The notes under the pieces: generated by a model
Told to the model about the DNA's origin: nothing
Seen by the model: only the letters and a program-made list of their open reading frames with translations
Databases searched by the model: none
Part shown: piece after piece, positions 7,841-16,491 of the stretch
Numbering within the stretch: position 1 is the stretch's first letter
How the letters are laid out: each line of letters starts with the position of its first letter
From: Bacteroidota bacterium
GTDB lineage: Bacteria > Bacteroidota > Bacteroidia > Bacteroidales > B18-G4
Direction of reading: 5' to 3'
Length of the DNA: 41,050 nucleotides
NCBI GenBank assembly: GCA_039714935.1
Contig: JBDLIJ010000001.1
Location: 1-41,050, forward strand
Program-made: the position numbers and the translations under genes

Positions 7841-9154
7841 TTATAAGATTCCTAATGTTGTCAGGTAGTCTACCCTTGCCTGTGCCAGCCTGACCTTATG
7901 CAGCTCAAGGTTAAGCCTTGACTGCGCTTCCTCGTTAAGCCTGCTCACATAATCGGAGGATGTGATCACTCCGTTATTCAGTTGTGAAGAGGCAGTTTTA
8001 GAAATATTTTCCCTTAATTCAATAACTTCCATGTCTTTAACGATCAAGGTCTCATATTTGCTTATGCTGGCGATATGCTGTTTCAGTGCAACATTAAGTT
8101 TGATGTCAAAAGTTTCTTTTTCCTTGTCGATCATATCCTGCCTGAGTCCCAGGATCTGTTTCTCTTTTTTATTCTGGTTCCAATTCCAGATCTGCCATTG
8201 CAGGCGGGCTCCAACGATATAGAAGGGAGAGAAATTATCTTCAAGCATGTTGAGCCCTGGATTGCCATATCCCAGCTGACCAAAGCCTGAAAGTTTTGGA
8301 TTCCAAGTGCTTGTTATAAGCTCTTTACTATCTTCCAGCATGGATTTTTGCATATCATAAATTTGTAATTCCGGCCGCAAAGGGTCATGCGAAAAGGATA
8401 TAAAATCATTCTCTGGCAAAGCCAGCATAACCTCTTCCGGAATATCTTCCGACATCAGGTCCCCCAGGATCATTGTAAAAGCCTGCTTTTGAATACTGGT
8501 TTCATCAAGTTGCTGTTCAATCCGGAGAATCTCCGCTTTTAAAACATCCCTGTCAGTTGACAAAGCAACACCATATTCAACAGCTGCATTAATTTCTTTC
8601 AATTTTTGATTCATCTCATCCATGAGTATGGATAATAACTTCTCATTTTCCTGCATCAGGATAATACTGAAAAAAACTGAATTGATACTTTCTTTTAGTT
8701 GATGTAAAACTACTTCCACTTTCTGCTCCTCAATCTCATAGGCTGCCAGCTCCATTTTTTTCTGCTTCCCTGTAATGCCCCCATCATAGATCACCTGGTT
8801 GATGTCCATGGTAATTCTGTACTGGTCTTTTGGCGGTACAGGAGTATCAAATGGAGCAGGGCTGACTTCGATATCAATTGGAGGAGGGATATAGAATGGA
8901 GGAACAACAACATCTACTTTTGTAACGTCAGACTGATACGACACCTGACCACTGATCTGTACCCTGGGCAGATAATTGGCATTAAGCTTTTTCTGTTCTA
9001 TCTCACTGGCGGCCTTAAGTAAGCTTGTGTGATCGCTCAGCGGATAATTGACCAACGCCATTTCATGGCAATATTCCAGCGTGAGTATATCAGCTACCTG
9101 GCCATAAACGGTGCCAAGCAAAAGCGACCCTATGATCAACATTATTTGTTTCAT
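7841..9154 (-). CDS. TolC-family outer membrane efflux protein
   Basis: It has a signal peptide and two internally repeated halves with long helical segments. It sits between the TetR and HlyD genes. Confidence 0.85.
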   Translation of the reverse strand: MKQIMLIIGSLLLGTVYGQVADILTLEYCHEMALVNYPLSDHTSLLKAASEIEQKKLNANYLPRVQISGQVSYQSDVTKVDVVVPPFYIPPPIDIEVSPAPFDTPVPPKDQYRITMDINQVIYDGGITGKQKKMELAAYEIEEQKVEVVLHQLKESINSVFFSIILMQENEKLLSILMDEMNQKLKEINAAVEYGVALSTDRDVLKAEILRIEQQLDETSIQKQAFTMILGDLMSEDIPEEVMLALPENDFISFSHDPLRPELQIYDMQKSMLEDSKELITSTWNPKLSGFGQLGYGNPGLNMLEDNFSPFYIVGARLQWQIWNWNQNKKEKQILGLRQDMIDKEKETFDIKLNVALKQHIASISKYETLIVKDMEVIELRENISKTASSQLNNGVITSSDYVSRLNEEAQSRLNLELHKVRLAQARVDYLTTLGIL

Positions 9155-9759
9155 CCTTTTTTAATTGCATTTAAAATGAACTCCGGGACTTCCTTTTTCC
9201 TTTCCACCAGAAATTGATGATATGCATCTTCATCATTACTGAAAAGCATCCTCTGTATTAAAGGTCTGGCTGCAAAAGGGAATACACATAAACCAACCAG
9301 GTTCACCAGAAACTGTCGTGGGTCTTTAAGTGTTACATTTTCCTTCTCCAGTGTTCTTGTGATATTTTCGATCATGATCTCCGGGTTGATCCCGGCCTCC
9401 CTGATAAGTTCTGCGAGATGTTGCGGGTTTTTACTCAACTCCTGCATGACAAAGATGGGAATGAGCGGGTTTTCTATAAATACATCAATATACCGGTCTG
9501 TAAAAGAGTATACCTTTTCTTCCAGGCTCATGTCAGAAAGAAATATCACACCAACATGAGGAATGAACTGGATGAAGACTTTTTCAAATACCTTGCCGAA
9601 CAAACGCTCCTTACTCCTGTAATAATAATGCAACAACGACTTGTTAATCCCAGCGGCATCAGCGATCATCTGCATGCTAGTGCCGTCATAAGAATTTTGC
9701 ATAAAAACCTCACGCGCCACCTTAAGTATATGCTCTTCTGTATTGAGCTTATCATCCAT
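9151..9759 (-). CDS. TetR/AcrR-family transcriptional repressor
   Basis: The N-terminal HTH is 'TSMQMIADAAGINKSLLHYYYRSKERLF'. It is the first gene of the efflux operon and overlaps tolC by 4 nt. Confidence 0.9.
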   Translation of the reverse strand: MDDKLNTEEHILKVAREVFMQNSYDGTSMQMIADAAGINKSLLHYYYRSKERLFGKVFEKVFIQFIPHVGVIFLSDMSLEEKVYSFTDRYIDVFIENPLIPIFVMQELSKNPQHLAELIREAGINPEIMIENITRTLEKENVTLKDPRQFLVNLVGLCVFPFAARPLIQRMLFSNDEDAYHQFLVERKKEVPEFILNAIKKG

Positions 9760-9774
9760 AAATATTGACTATTT

Positions 9775-9809
9775 AGTTTAACTAATTGAATTAACCATTT
9801 GGTTAAACT
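9775..9809. promoter_or_regulatory. Candidate TetR operator: three TTAAC-containing half-sites, two direct and one inverted
   Basis: Positions 9775-9782 (agtttaac) are the exact reverse complement of 9802-9809 (gttaaact). A nested perfect palindrome ttaacca-tt-tggttaa lies at 9791-9806. The site lies between the predicted -7 box and the TetR start codon. Confidence 0.5.
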
Positions 9810-9816
9810 GATTAGA

Positions 9817-9824
9817 CAAATATA
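9817..9824 (-). promoter_or_regulatory. Bacteroidota-type -7 promoter box for the TetR/efflux operon
   Basis: The + strand caaatata reads TATATTTG on the minus strand, which matches TAnnTTTG. It is about 58 nt upstream of the TetR ATG. Confidence 0.4.
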
Positions 9825-9945
9825 TTTCATAAAAACTCGTTTGTCAAGGAGTTTCTAAAATAATTATTGTGCCATACCTGCATGTTACTGATTATCTTGA
9901 CAGTATGTGTGCAGGGACAAAAAGGGTGGGGCTACGAATAGCAAG

Positions 9946-9997
9946 TGTTGAGTATTGAGTACTGAGTATTGAGTATTGAGTATTGAGTATTGAGTAG
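9946..9997. repeat. Solo tandem heptamer array, about 7 units of TAYTGAG
   Basis: Read directly: tgttgag tattgag tactgag tattgag x4 tag. It shares a run of more than 20 nt (tattgagtactgagtattgagta) with the array at 4282-4304. No inverted partner is visible nearby. Confidence 0.95.
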
Positions 9998-10049
9998 CGA
10001 AAATGATTCTGAATTCTGTATAAAATTAAAGTAAACCAAGAAATACCAT

Positions 10050-10057
10050 TATTTTTG
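10050..10057 (+). promoter_or_regulatory. Possible -7 promoter box (TATTTTTG)
   Basis: It matches TAnnTTTG but ends only 4 nt before the ATG at 10062. That implies either a leaderless mRNA or a downstream start. Confidence 0.25.
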
Positions 10058-10061
10058 TATT

Positions 10062-10967
10062 ATGCGTTGGCTTCCGATAAATATCAGCATCATTTTTATG
10101 ATCCTCTCAGGAATAGTCTTTGGCCAGATGAGGATTGATTGCGATGGTCTGGAGATGGAAGCCGGAAGTGATTTCATCAGCAAGGGCAAGTATGCATCAT
10201 CTGTCAGGACATGGCATTCAGATTCATTATCAGATGCTTCAATTGTGTTGTGTCCGGCAGGGCTTCACCGATCCTCACAGGACGATATAAAAAAGCGATA
10301 TTCATTTGACTGGACGGTTAAATACAATAACATCTACCTGAAGACAAAAGAAGGGCTGATCATTGAGGGCCTGAATGAGCATGGATTTTCAGCCTCATTA
10401 ATGTTTCTCAATAATAGTCAATTAGCAGGTAAAGAAAAGGAACACATTCCGATTGCCGCATCTCTGGTCATTAATTTTTTTATCGATCACTTTAAGTGTG
10501 TCGATACGGCCTTACTGGCAGTATGGGATGTCAGGATCTATGACGATCTGGGAATGACATGTGGCTGGCCATTTCGAATTGTTTTGCATGACTCTGCAGG
10601 ATCGACTGCTTACATAGAACATATTGATGGACACAAAAGGGTTTATACTCCGGGCTCACCCGCCTTGATTGTTGATGGACCTGATTACGCCCGCTTAATC
10701 ACCATAAAATATCTGCAGGACTCCATTCCTGGCAATAAGGCTGAAATGCGCTATTTACAAATTCAAAAAGAAATAGATTCGGATAGTTTTGATGGAATGA
10801 TATTCTATTACATTAAGAACCATCCTGAGATTCCATTTTTAGAAATCACCAGAGGGCATTCTCGGAATGCACAACTATTAATTTTGAAACGAACTGATGC
10901 GATCTGCTTTGAGATTCAAAAACTTGAATTCAAAACAGGAGTTGAAACAATTCTCAAAGTCTTTTAA
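10062..10967 (+). CDS. Secreted Ntn-hydrolase-like protein, choloylglycine hydrolase / linear amide C-N hydrolase family (divergent)
   Basis: By-eye motif matches to CBAH-family proteins are 'C27-DGLEME' (compare the CTGLALE N-terminal nucleophile), 'GLNEHGF' (compare GMNEKGL) and 'IVLHDSAGSTAYIEH' (compare LHWMISDITGKSIVVE). It has an N-terminal signal-like segment. Confidence 0.55.
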   Translation: MRWLPINISIIFMILSGIVFGQMRIDCDGLEMEAGSDFISKGKYASSVRTWHSDSLSDASIVLCPAGLHRSSQDDIKKRYSFDWTVKYNNIYLKTKEGLIIEGLNEHGFSASLMFLNNSQLAGKEKEHIPIAASLVINFFIDHFKCVDTALLAVWDVRIYDDLGMTCGWPFRIVLHDSAGSTAYIEHIDGHKRVYTPGSPALIVDGPDYARLITIKYLQDSIPGNKAEMRYLQIQKEIDSDSFDGMIFYYIKNHPEIPFLEITRGHSRNAQLLILKRTDAICFEIQKLEFKTGVETILKVF

Positions 10968-11578
10968 ATCTCTGACAAGCGGGTTTTCACCTTGGAGGCC
11001 AGCACGTCAATCGCTACATGGTTTTCACCTCCCTGAGGCACGATAATATCCGCATATCTTTTCGACGGCTCAATAAACTGCAGGTGCATGGGTTTAACAA
11101 AGGTGTAATAATGTCTGAGCACATCCTGTACATCCCTCCCACGTTTTACGATGTCTCTTTTCATGATACGGGCAAGCCTGTCGTCATCTTCGGCATCCAC
11201 AAATGCCTTTACATTAAAACGCGCGCGCAAATCAGGGTCAGTGAAGATAAGTATCCCTTCAACGATGGTTACAGACCGTGGTTCTACCCTGATGGTCTCA
11301 TCCAGCCTTGCACATTCAACATATGAATATGTGGGCATATCAACTGCATGTCCGTCACTAAGCAAATCTAGATGGCGGCCCAGTAAGTCCCATTCAATAG
11401 AATCCGGATGGTCGAAATTAATTTTTTTCTTTTCCTCAGGAGGGAGGTGGCCATTATCCCAATAGTAGGAATCCTGAGAGATGACAGAAACGCTTTCCTC
11501 AGGGAGTAGCTCTATCATACGGTTTACCACTGTTGTTTTACCCGAGCCTGAACCGCCGGCTATTCCTATAATGAGCAT
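10964..11578 (-). CDS. udk: Uridine kinase
   Basis: The P-loop is 'GIAGGSGSGKTT', with 'SQDSYY' and 'NFDHPDS' motifs. The length of 204 aa is typical of Udk. Confidence 0.9.
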   Translation of the reverse strand: MLIIGIAGGSGSGKTTVVNRMIELLPEESVSVISQDSYYWDNGHLPPEEKKKINFDHPDSIEWDLLGRHLDLLSDGHAVDMPTYSYVECARLDETIRVEPRSVTIVEGILIFTDPDLRARFNVKAFVDAEDDDRLARIMKRDIVKRGRDVQDVLRHYYTFVKPMHLQFIEPSKRYADIIVPQGGENHVAIDVLASKVKTRLSEI

Positions 11579-11631
11579 AAGTGTAATTTTTGTTTTGCTA
11601 AGATAAGAATTATTAAAGATGCCATCCTGTA

Positions 11632-12057
11632 TTAAAAGATCGTTATCCCCAACGCTCCGACCCCTGCCAGCAGAATGCTCCAGATCACATTCCCGATCAA
11701 GGTCCAGACTAGTAATCGCTTCGTTGCACTGACGATGGTAATACCAATGGCCATGCCCAGCATCGGACCAAATATTCCCGGGAGTAGAAGTCCCAGGCCG
11801 ATCACACCGTATTTATTAAGGTAGCGATGCATCCTGGCTTTTGACCTGCCCAGGTATCGTTCACCCCTTTTGCTGCTTACATATTTTCTCACCTTGTTCC
11901 CCAGGGCATACACCAGTGTGGTGCTGGCAGTTGATCCCAGGATGATTGTGATAATGATAAGCCATGTGCTAAAACCATAAGCAAGGCCAACGGGAATGGC
12001 CATCCACAACCCTATGGATCCCACACAGAATAATATGAGTAAATGTAAAAAGGTCAT
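11632..12057 (-). CDS. Small integral membrane protein (possibly small multidrug-export-like family)
   Basis: The 141 aa product has 4 predicted TMs and a basic central loop. The family assignment is tentative. Confidence 0.6.
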   Translation of the reverse strand: MTFLHLLILFCVGSIGLWMAIPVGLAYGFSTWLIIITIILGSTASTTLVYALGNKVRKYVSSKRGERYLGRSKARMHRYLNKYGVIGLGLLLPGIFGPMLGMAIGITIVSATKRLLVWTLIGNVIWSILLAGVGALGITIF

Positions 12058-12118
12058 GAGAAGCCTCTTTATATATCAAGACAGAATATAAGCCGAAGAT
12101 ATAAAAAAGCAAGCATAT

Positions 12119-13465
12119 TTACATCAAAAAGCTGATCAGGATACCTGCAGCTACTGCAGAGCCTATCACTCCCGCCACATTGGGCGCCATCGCATGCATG
12201 AGCAGGTGGTTTGTGGGATCTGATTTAAGTCCTTCAGCCTGCACCACCCTGGCACTATCAGGCACAGCCGAAACACCTGCAGCCCCTATGAGTGGGTTGA
12301 TCTTGTTTTCCCCTGAAAGGAACAGGTTCATGACTTTTGCAAAGACAAGTCCACCACTGGTAGCAACCATAAAAGATACCGCTCCAAGTGAAAATATCAT
12401 CATCGATTCAGTTGTCAGAAATACATCAGCCTGTGTTGAAGCCCCAACGGTTAATCCAAGCAAGATTACAACTATATCGATCAGTGAAGTCCGGGCTGTT
12501 TCTGCCAGACGTTTTGTAACTCCGCTTTCTTTTAAAATATTCCCAAAAAACAACATGCCAAGCAAAGGCATTGCTCCGGGAGAAATAAATGTTGTTAAGA
12601 TAAGGCCCACTATTGGGAAGATGATCTTTTCCAACTTTGACACCGAGCGTGGAGGTTTCATTTGGATTTTCCGTTCACGTTCAGATGTAAGCATTCGCAT
12701 GATAGGAGGCTGAATGATAGGGACTAAAGCCATATAAGAATACGCCGCTATGGCAATAGGGCCAATCAGGTTAGCTGTCTGCACCCCATTAATGATCTCC
12801 CCGTTGGCCAACTTTGATGAAAGGAAAATAGCCGTTGGGCCATCAGCGCCGCCAATGATTCCTATTGAAGCCGCCTCCGGAAGATTAAACCCAATGGTAA
12901 GTGCTCCCAGCAAGGTCAGAAAAATACCAAGCTGGGCTGCTGCACCTAAAAGCATCAGGCGGGGATTTGAAATAAGGGATGAAAAATCTGTCATGGCCCC
13001 TATACCTAAAAAGATCAGGGGAGGATAAATCCCTTTGGTAACGCCATAATACAAATAATTCAGCACACTCCCATCCTGATAAACACCAAGCTGAAGGTTA
13101 ATATCAGGAGATTGAAAAAATGGAATATTCCCAATAATGATACCCGTTCCGATAGGTACCAGAAGCAGTGGCTCATAATCATATTTTATTGCAAGAAAAA
13201 TAAATACAAGCCCTATTAGTATCATGATAAGGTGTCCGGGAGTAGCATTCGCAAAGCCTGTATAGGAGAGGAATTTATTAAACCCTGTTAAAGCACCATT
13301 TTGCATTTCTGAATGCTGAATACTATGGGATGCTCCGTCATCTGAGTGTTCTGTCTGAATCTTCACAATAGTTGAACCATAAGCTTCAAATCTGTGAAGC
13401 CCTGTGGTGAGGATAGTCAATATGGCAATAATACCAAAGACGGTAAATGCTTTTCTTTTACTCAT
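12119..13465 (-). CDS. mmdB: Na+-translocating decarboxylase beta subunit (methylmalonyl-CoA / oxaloacetate decarboxylase family)
   Basis: It is polytopic with an OadB-type 'IGIIGGADGPTAIF' motif and is the last gene of the mce-mmdADCB-like operon. Confidence 0.85.
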   Translation of the reverse strand: MSKRKAFTVFGIIAILTILTTGLHRFEAYGSTIVKIQTEHSDDGASHSIQHSEMQNGALTGFNKFLSYTGFANATPGHLIMILIGLVFIFLAIKYDYEPLLLVPIGTGIIIGNIPFFQSPDINLQLGVYQDGSVLNYLYYGVTKGIYPPLIFLGIGAMTDFSSLISNPRLMLLGAAAQLGIFLTLLGALTIGFNLPEAASIGIIGGADGPTAIFLSSKLANGEIINGVQTANLIGPIAIAAYSYMALVPIIQPPIMRMLTSERERKIQMKPPRSVSKLEKIIFPIVGLILTTFISPGAMPLLGMLFFGNILKESGVTKRLAETARTSLIDIVVILLGLTVGASTQADVFLTTESMMIFSLGAVSFMVATSGGLVFAKVMNLFLSGENKINPLIGAAGVSAVPDSARVVQAEGLKSDPTNHLLMHAMAPNVAGVIGSAVAAGILISFLM

Positions 13466-13468
13466 GTC

Positions 13469-13888
13469 TTATTCAATTTCCAGTAAGACATCTCCCTGAA
13501 GGATACTGTCACCAACCATAACTTTCACCGACCTCACAACACCTCCCTTTTCAGCCAGTAATTTGTTCTCCATCTTCATAGCTTCATACACGAGGAGCGT
13601 AGTTCCCCTTTTTACCTCATCACCTTCCTTTACCTTTACATGCATAATGGTTCCCGGCAAGGGAGCTTTGATCATTTGTACAGCTGCGTTTTTTTTGATC
13701 TTATGTGCATCTTTGGCTCGTGGGATTTCTTTACGAACCAATGTAGGTGTTTTTGATGCTCTCTTCTCAGCATGGATTTCCACTTCGTAAAGCGTACCAT
13801 TAACCTCGATCTCTGCAATGCTGCCTTCAAGGCTTTTCACGTCCACCTCATAATTGTGGCCCTTGATTGTGAATTTGAAATTTTTCAT
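13469..13888 (-). CDS. mmdC: Biotin carboxyl carrier subunit (gamma) of the decarboxylase
   Basis: The C-terminal biotinyl domain carries the 'EAMKMEN' biotinylation motif. Confidence 0.9.
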   Translation of the reverse strand: MKNFKFTIKGHNYEVDVKSLEGSIAEIEVNGTLYEVEIHAEKRASKTPTLVRKEIPRAKDAHKIKKNAAVQMIKAPLPGTIMHVKVKEGDEVKRGTTLLVYEAMKMENKLLAEKGGVVRSVKVMVGDSILQGDVLLEIE

Positions 13889-13896
13889 GCCTTTTC

Positions 13897-14268
13897 TTAA
13901 CTTTTCTTAGCCGGAGACTCTCTCAGCGAATAAATTTTTGAATTCCAGGGGGAATATGCCTTTGACACTCTCTTTATAGTAATCACATTGCTTTCCTCGT
14001 CATGCAGCTCATGATATAAATAAAGAGCCATCCCGATTGCCGCCGAAATATCGCCACCAATAAATAATTGCTTTTCTTCCGCCGCTGTATATCTTCCTTC
14101 TTTTCTTAATCTTTTCCTGGCCCTGTAATTCAATGTTTTCGACAGGTAGGTGAATACTAAGTACAGAACCACCAAAGCCATAAATACGGTAATATATCCC
14201 ACGATGGCAATAATGATCCCTTCGGGAAAAAGCGCAGATATATCAAAGTCTATAAATAAATTTTTCAT
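13897..14268 (-). CDS. mmdD: OadG-like small membrane subunit (delta) of the decarboxylase
   Basis: The 123 aa product has a single N-terminal TM and sits between the alpha and gamma subunit genes, as in known mmd operons. Confidence 0.65.
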   Translation of the reverse strand: MKNLFIDFDISALFPEGIIIAIVGYITVFMALVVLYLVFTYLSKTLNYRARKRLRKEGRYTAAEEKQLFIGGDISAAIGMALYLYHELHDEESNVITIKRVSKAYSPWNSKIYSLRESPAKKS

Positions 14269-14280
14269 CCGGAAATTTGT

Positions 14281-15843
14281 TTATAGTGGAATGTTTCCAT
14301 GTTTTTTAGGAGGATTGCTGAGTTTCTTTGTAGCCAGGGTCCGTAATGACCTGATAATGCGGAAACGTGTATTGCGTGGTTCTATCACATCATCAATATA
14401 GCCATAACGCGCTGCTTCATACGGGTTGGCAAATTTCTCTTTATAGTCCTGTTCCTTTTCCTTAATAACTTTGAGCCTTTCCTCATCATCCGTTATCTCC
14501 CTGATGGCTTTCCCATCAATAACCTCAATGGCTCCAGCAGGGCCCATCACAGCTATCTCAGCTGTAGGCCATGCATAATTGATATCACCCCGCAGTTGTT
14601 TTGAGCTCATCACATCATGTGCCCCGCCATACGATTTTCTGATTGTTATGGTGATCTTAGGTACTGTTGCTTCCCCATAGGCAAACATCAGTTTTGCCCC
14701 GTGAGTGATGATACCGCCATATTCCTGGCCGCTGCCAGGTAAAAAGCCCGGGACATCCACCAGCGTAACGATTGGAATATTAAATGCATCACAAAACCTG
14801 ACAAAGCGAGCTGCCTTCCGCGAAGCATCAATGTCGAGTACGCCTGCCAGAAAGTTGGGCTGATTAGCAACGATACCAGCTGGCATGCCATCAAAACGGG
14901 CAAATCCGGTGATGATGTTTCTTGCCCAGTTGCGCTGAACCTCAAGGAACTCACCATTATCTGTTATGCTTGAGATAATATCAAGCATTTCATAAGGCAG
15001 ATTAGGATCTTCCGGGATCACATCATTCAGGAAATCATCCTTGCGATTGATCGGGTCATCACATTCAACAGCAGGAGGATCTTCTAAATTATTTGAAGGA
15101 AGATAGCTCATCAGCTTCCTTATCAGTAACAGGCCCTCCTCCTCATGTTCAGCCACAAAATGAGCTACACCGGATTTACTTCCGTGCACATGAGCTCCCC
15201 CCAGGTCTTCCGTGGAAATATCTTCACCTGTAACGGTCTTTGTCACTTTGGGCCCGGTTACGAACATATAGCTGCTCTTCTCACTCATGACAATAAAGTC
15301 AGTTAGTGCCGGTGAATAGACGGCACCACCTGCACAAGGTCCGAAGATGGCTGATATCTGGGGGATCACACCGGATGCCATTATATTCCTTTGAAAGATT
15401 TCTGCATAAGCGGCCAGGCTTTTTACCCCTTCCTGTATCCTGGCACCTCCGCTGTCATTGATCCCGATTAGCGGGGCACCAACCTTCATGGCCTGATCCA
15501 TGATCTTACATATCTTGATCGCATTCGTTTCAGACAATGATCCGCCAAATACAGTAAAATCCTGGGAATACACATACACAACCCTGCCATCAATAGTTCC
15601 ATGGCCGGTAACTACGCCATCTGAGAGATAATGCTGTTTTTCCAGCCCAAAGTCGTGGCTGCGATGGGTCATGAACATATCATACTCTTCAAAGCTGCCT
15701 TCATCCAGCAGCATGTTGATCCTTTCCCTGGCAGTATATTTACCTTTATTGTGCTGCGCATCAATGCGTTTTTGTCCACCACCGGCCTTGGCCTCCTCCC
15801 TTTTATCGAGAAGTTGCTGGATCTTGTTTACGAATGACATCAT
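14281..15843 (-). CDS. mmdA: Methylmalonyl-CoA decarboxylase alpha subunit (carboxyltransferase)
   Basis: It is a two-domain carboxyl transferase with 'NDSGGARIQEG' and 'GPCAGGAVYSPALTDF'. Confidence 0.9.
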   Translation of the reverse strand: MMSFVNKIQQLLDKREEAKAGGGQKRIDAQHNKGKYTARERINMLLDEGSFEEYDMFMTHRSHDFGLEKQHYLSDGVVTGHGTIDGRVVYVYSQDFTVFGGSLSETNAIKICKIMDQAMKVGAPLIGINDSGGARIQEGVKSLAAYAEIFQRNIMASGVIPQISAIFGPCAGGAVYSPALTDFIVMSEKSSYMFVTGPKVTKTVTGEDISTEDLGGAHVHGSKSGVAHFVAEHEEEGLLLIRKLMSYLPSNNLEDPPAVECDDPINRKDDFLNDVIPEDPNLPYEMLDIISSITDNGEFLEVQRNWARNIITGFARFDGMPAGIVANQPNFLAGVLDIDASRKAARFVRFCDAFNIPIVTLVDVPGFLPGSGQEYGGIITHGAKLMFAYGEATVPKITITIRKSYGGAHDVMSSKQLRGDINYAWPTAEIAVMGPAGAIEVIDGKAIREITDDEERLKVIKEKEQDYKEKFANPYEAARYGYIDDVIEPRNTRFRIIRSLRTLATKKLSNPPKKHGNIPL

Positions 15844-15865
15844 AAAAAAGAAATATCAGAAATGA

Positions 15866-16276
15866 CTACTTGTTTTTGTCTTCACAGAATTCGGTTAGGA
15901 CACCGAAGGTAGATTTAGGATGTAAAAAAGCAATATCAAGGCCTTCTGCACCCTTACGTGGTTGCTTATCGACAAGCCTGATACCATTGTCTTCGGCTTT
16001 TTTCAGGTGAGTTTCAATATCCTCAACAGCAAAAGCGATATGATGGACCCCTTCGCCCCGCTTTTCAATGTGTTTTCCTATAGGGCCTTCCGGGTCGGTT
16101 GACTCCAGCAGTTCGATCTTGGTTTGCCCAATCTTCAAGAAAGCCGTCTTCACTTTCTGGTCTTTTACTTCCTCAACTGCATAGCAAGCTGATCCAAGCA
16201 TTTTTTCATAAAAAGGAATCGCTTCATCAAGACTTTTTACTGCTATTCCAATGTGTTCAATATGAGATGGTTTCAT
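15866..16276 (-). CDS. mce: Methylmalonyl-CoA epimerase (VOC/glyoxalase fold)
   Basis: Metal-ligand contexts are 'IEHIGIAV' and 'GVHHIAF'. The ATG at 16276 is preceded by TAGGAGGGAATAAT and is preferred over the GTG at 16306. Confidence 0.85.
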   Translation of the reverse strand: MKPSHIEHIGIAVKSLDEAIPFYEKMLGSACYAVEEVKDQKVKTAFLKIGQTKIELLESTDPEGPIGKHIEKRGEGVHHIAFAVEDIETHLKKAEDNGIRLVDKQPRKGAEGLDIAFLHPKSTFGVLTEFCEDKNK

Positions 16277-16459
16277 ATTATTCCCTCCTATTGTTAAATA
16301 TTTCACAAAGGTAGATTAAATTTTGAATCCACAAACAATTAAGTGCTCTTTTTACAATTAAGGATGCATATTTGTGCAAGAAACTGCAAACTGATTACAG
16401 GATACGGAATTAAGGTACAGGCTAGTTTCTTCTAACTTTTTCCATTTGCCATTTATCCC

Positions 16460-16467
16460 TAACTTTG
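16460..16467 (+). promoter_or_regulatory. Possible -7 promoter box (TAACTTTG)
   Basis: It matches TAnnTTTG and lies 25 nt upstream of the ATG at 16492. Confidence 0.35.
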
Positions 16468-16491
16468 CCGTCCCTTAAAAACCAATAAGAA

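Noticed and set aside
9882-9941. A 19-codon hydrophobic small ORF (MLLIILTVCVQGQKGWGYE) ending 4 nt before the solo heptamer array
   Set aside because: It is too short to support from sequence alone, has no evident promoter or conservation evidence, and could be a chance ORF.
12180-12713. A 177 aa ORF antisense to mmdB, and similar long shadow ORFs at 21380-21952, 31837-32298, 33567-34202 and 34172-34693
   Set aside because: They lie entirely within well-supported genes on the opposite strand or in another frame. They have low-complexity, Ser/Pro/Ile-rich compositions and no recognisable motifs, which is typical of shadow ORFs.
16307-16491. A riboswitch or ncRNA in the 185 bp mce / DUF4198 divergent intergenic region (for example a cobalamin or metal element upstream of the NikM-like gene)
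   Set aside because: I saw no B12-box-like or other recognisable conserved riboswitch core. The region reads as ordinary AT-rich divergent promoter DNA.
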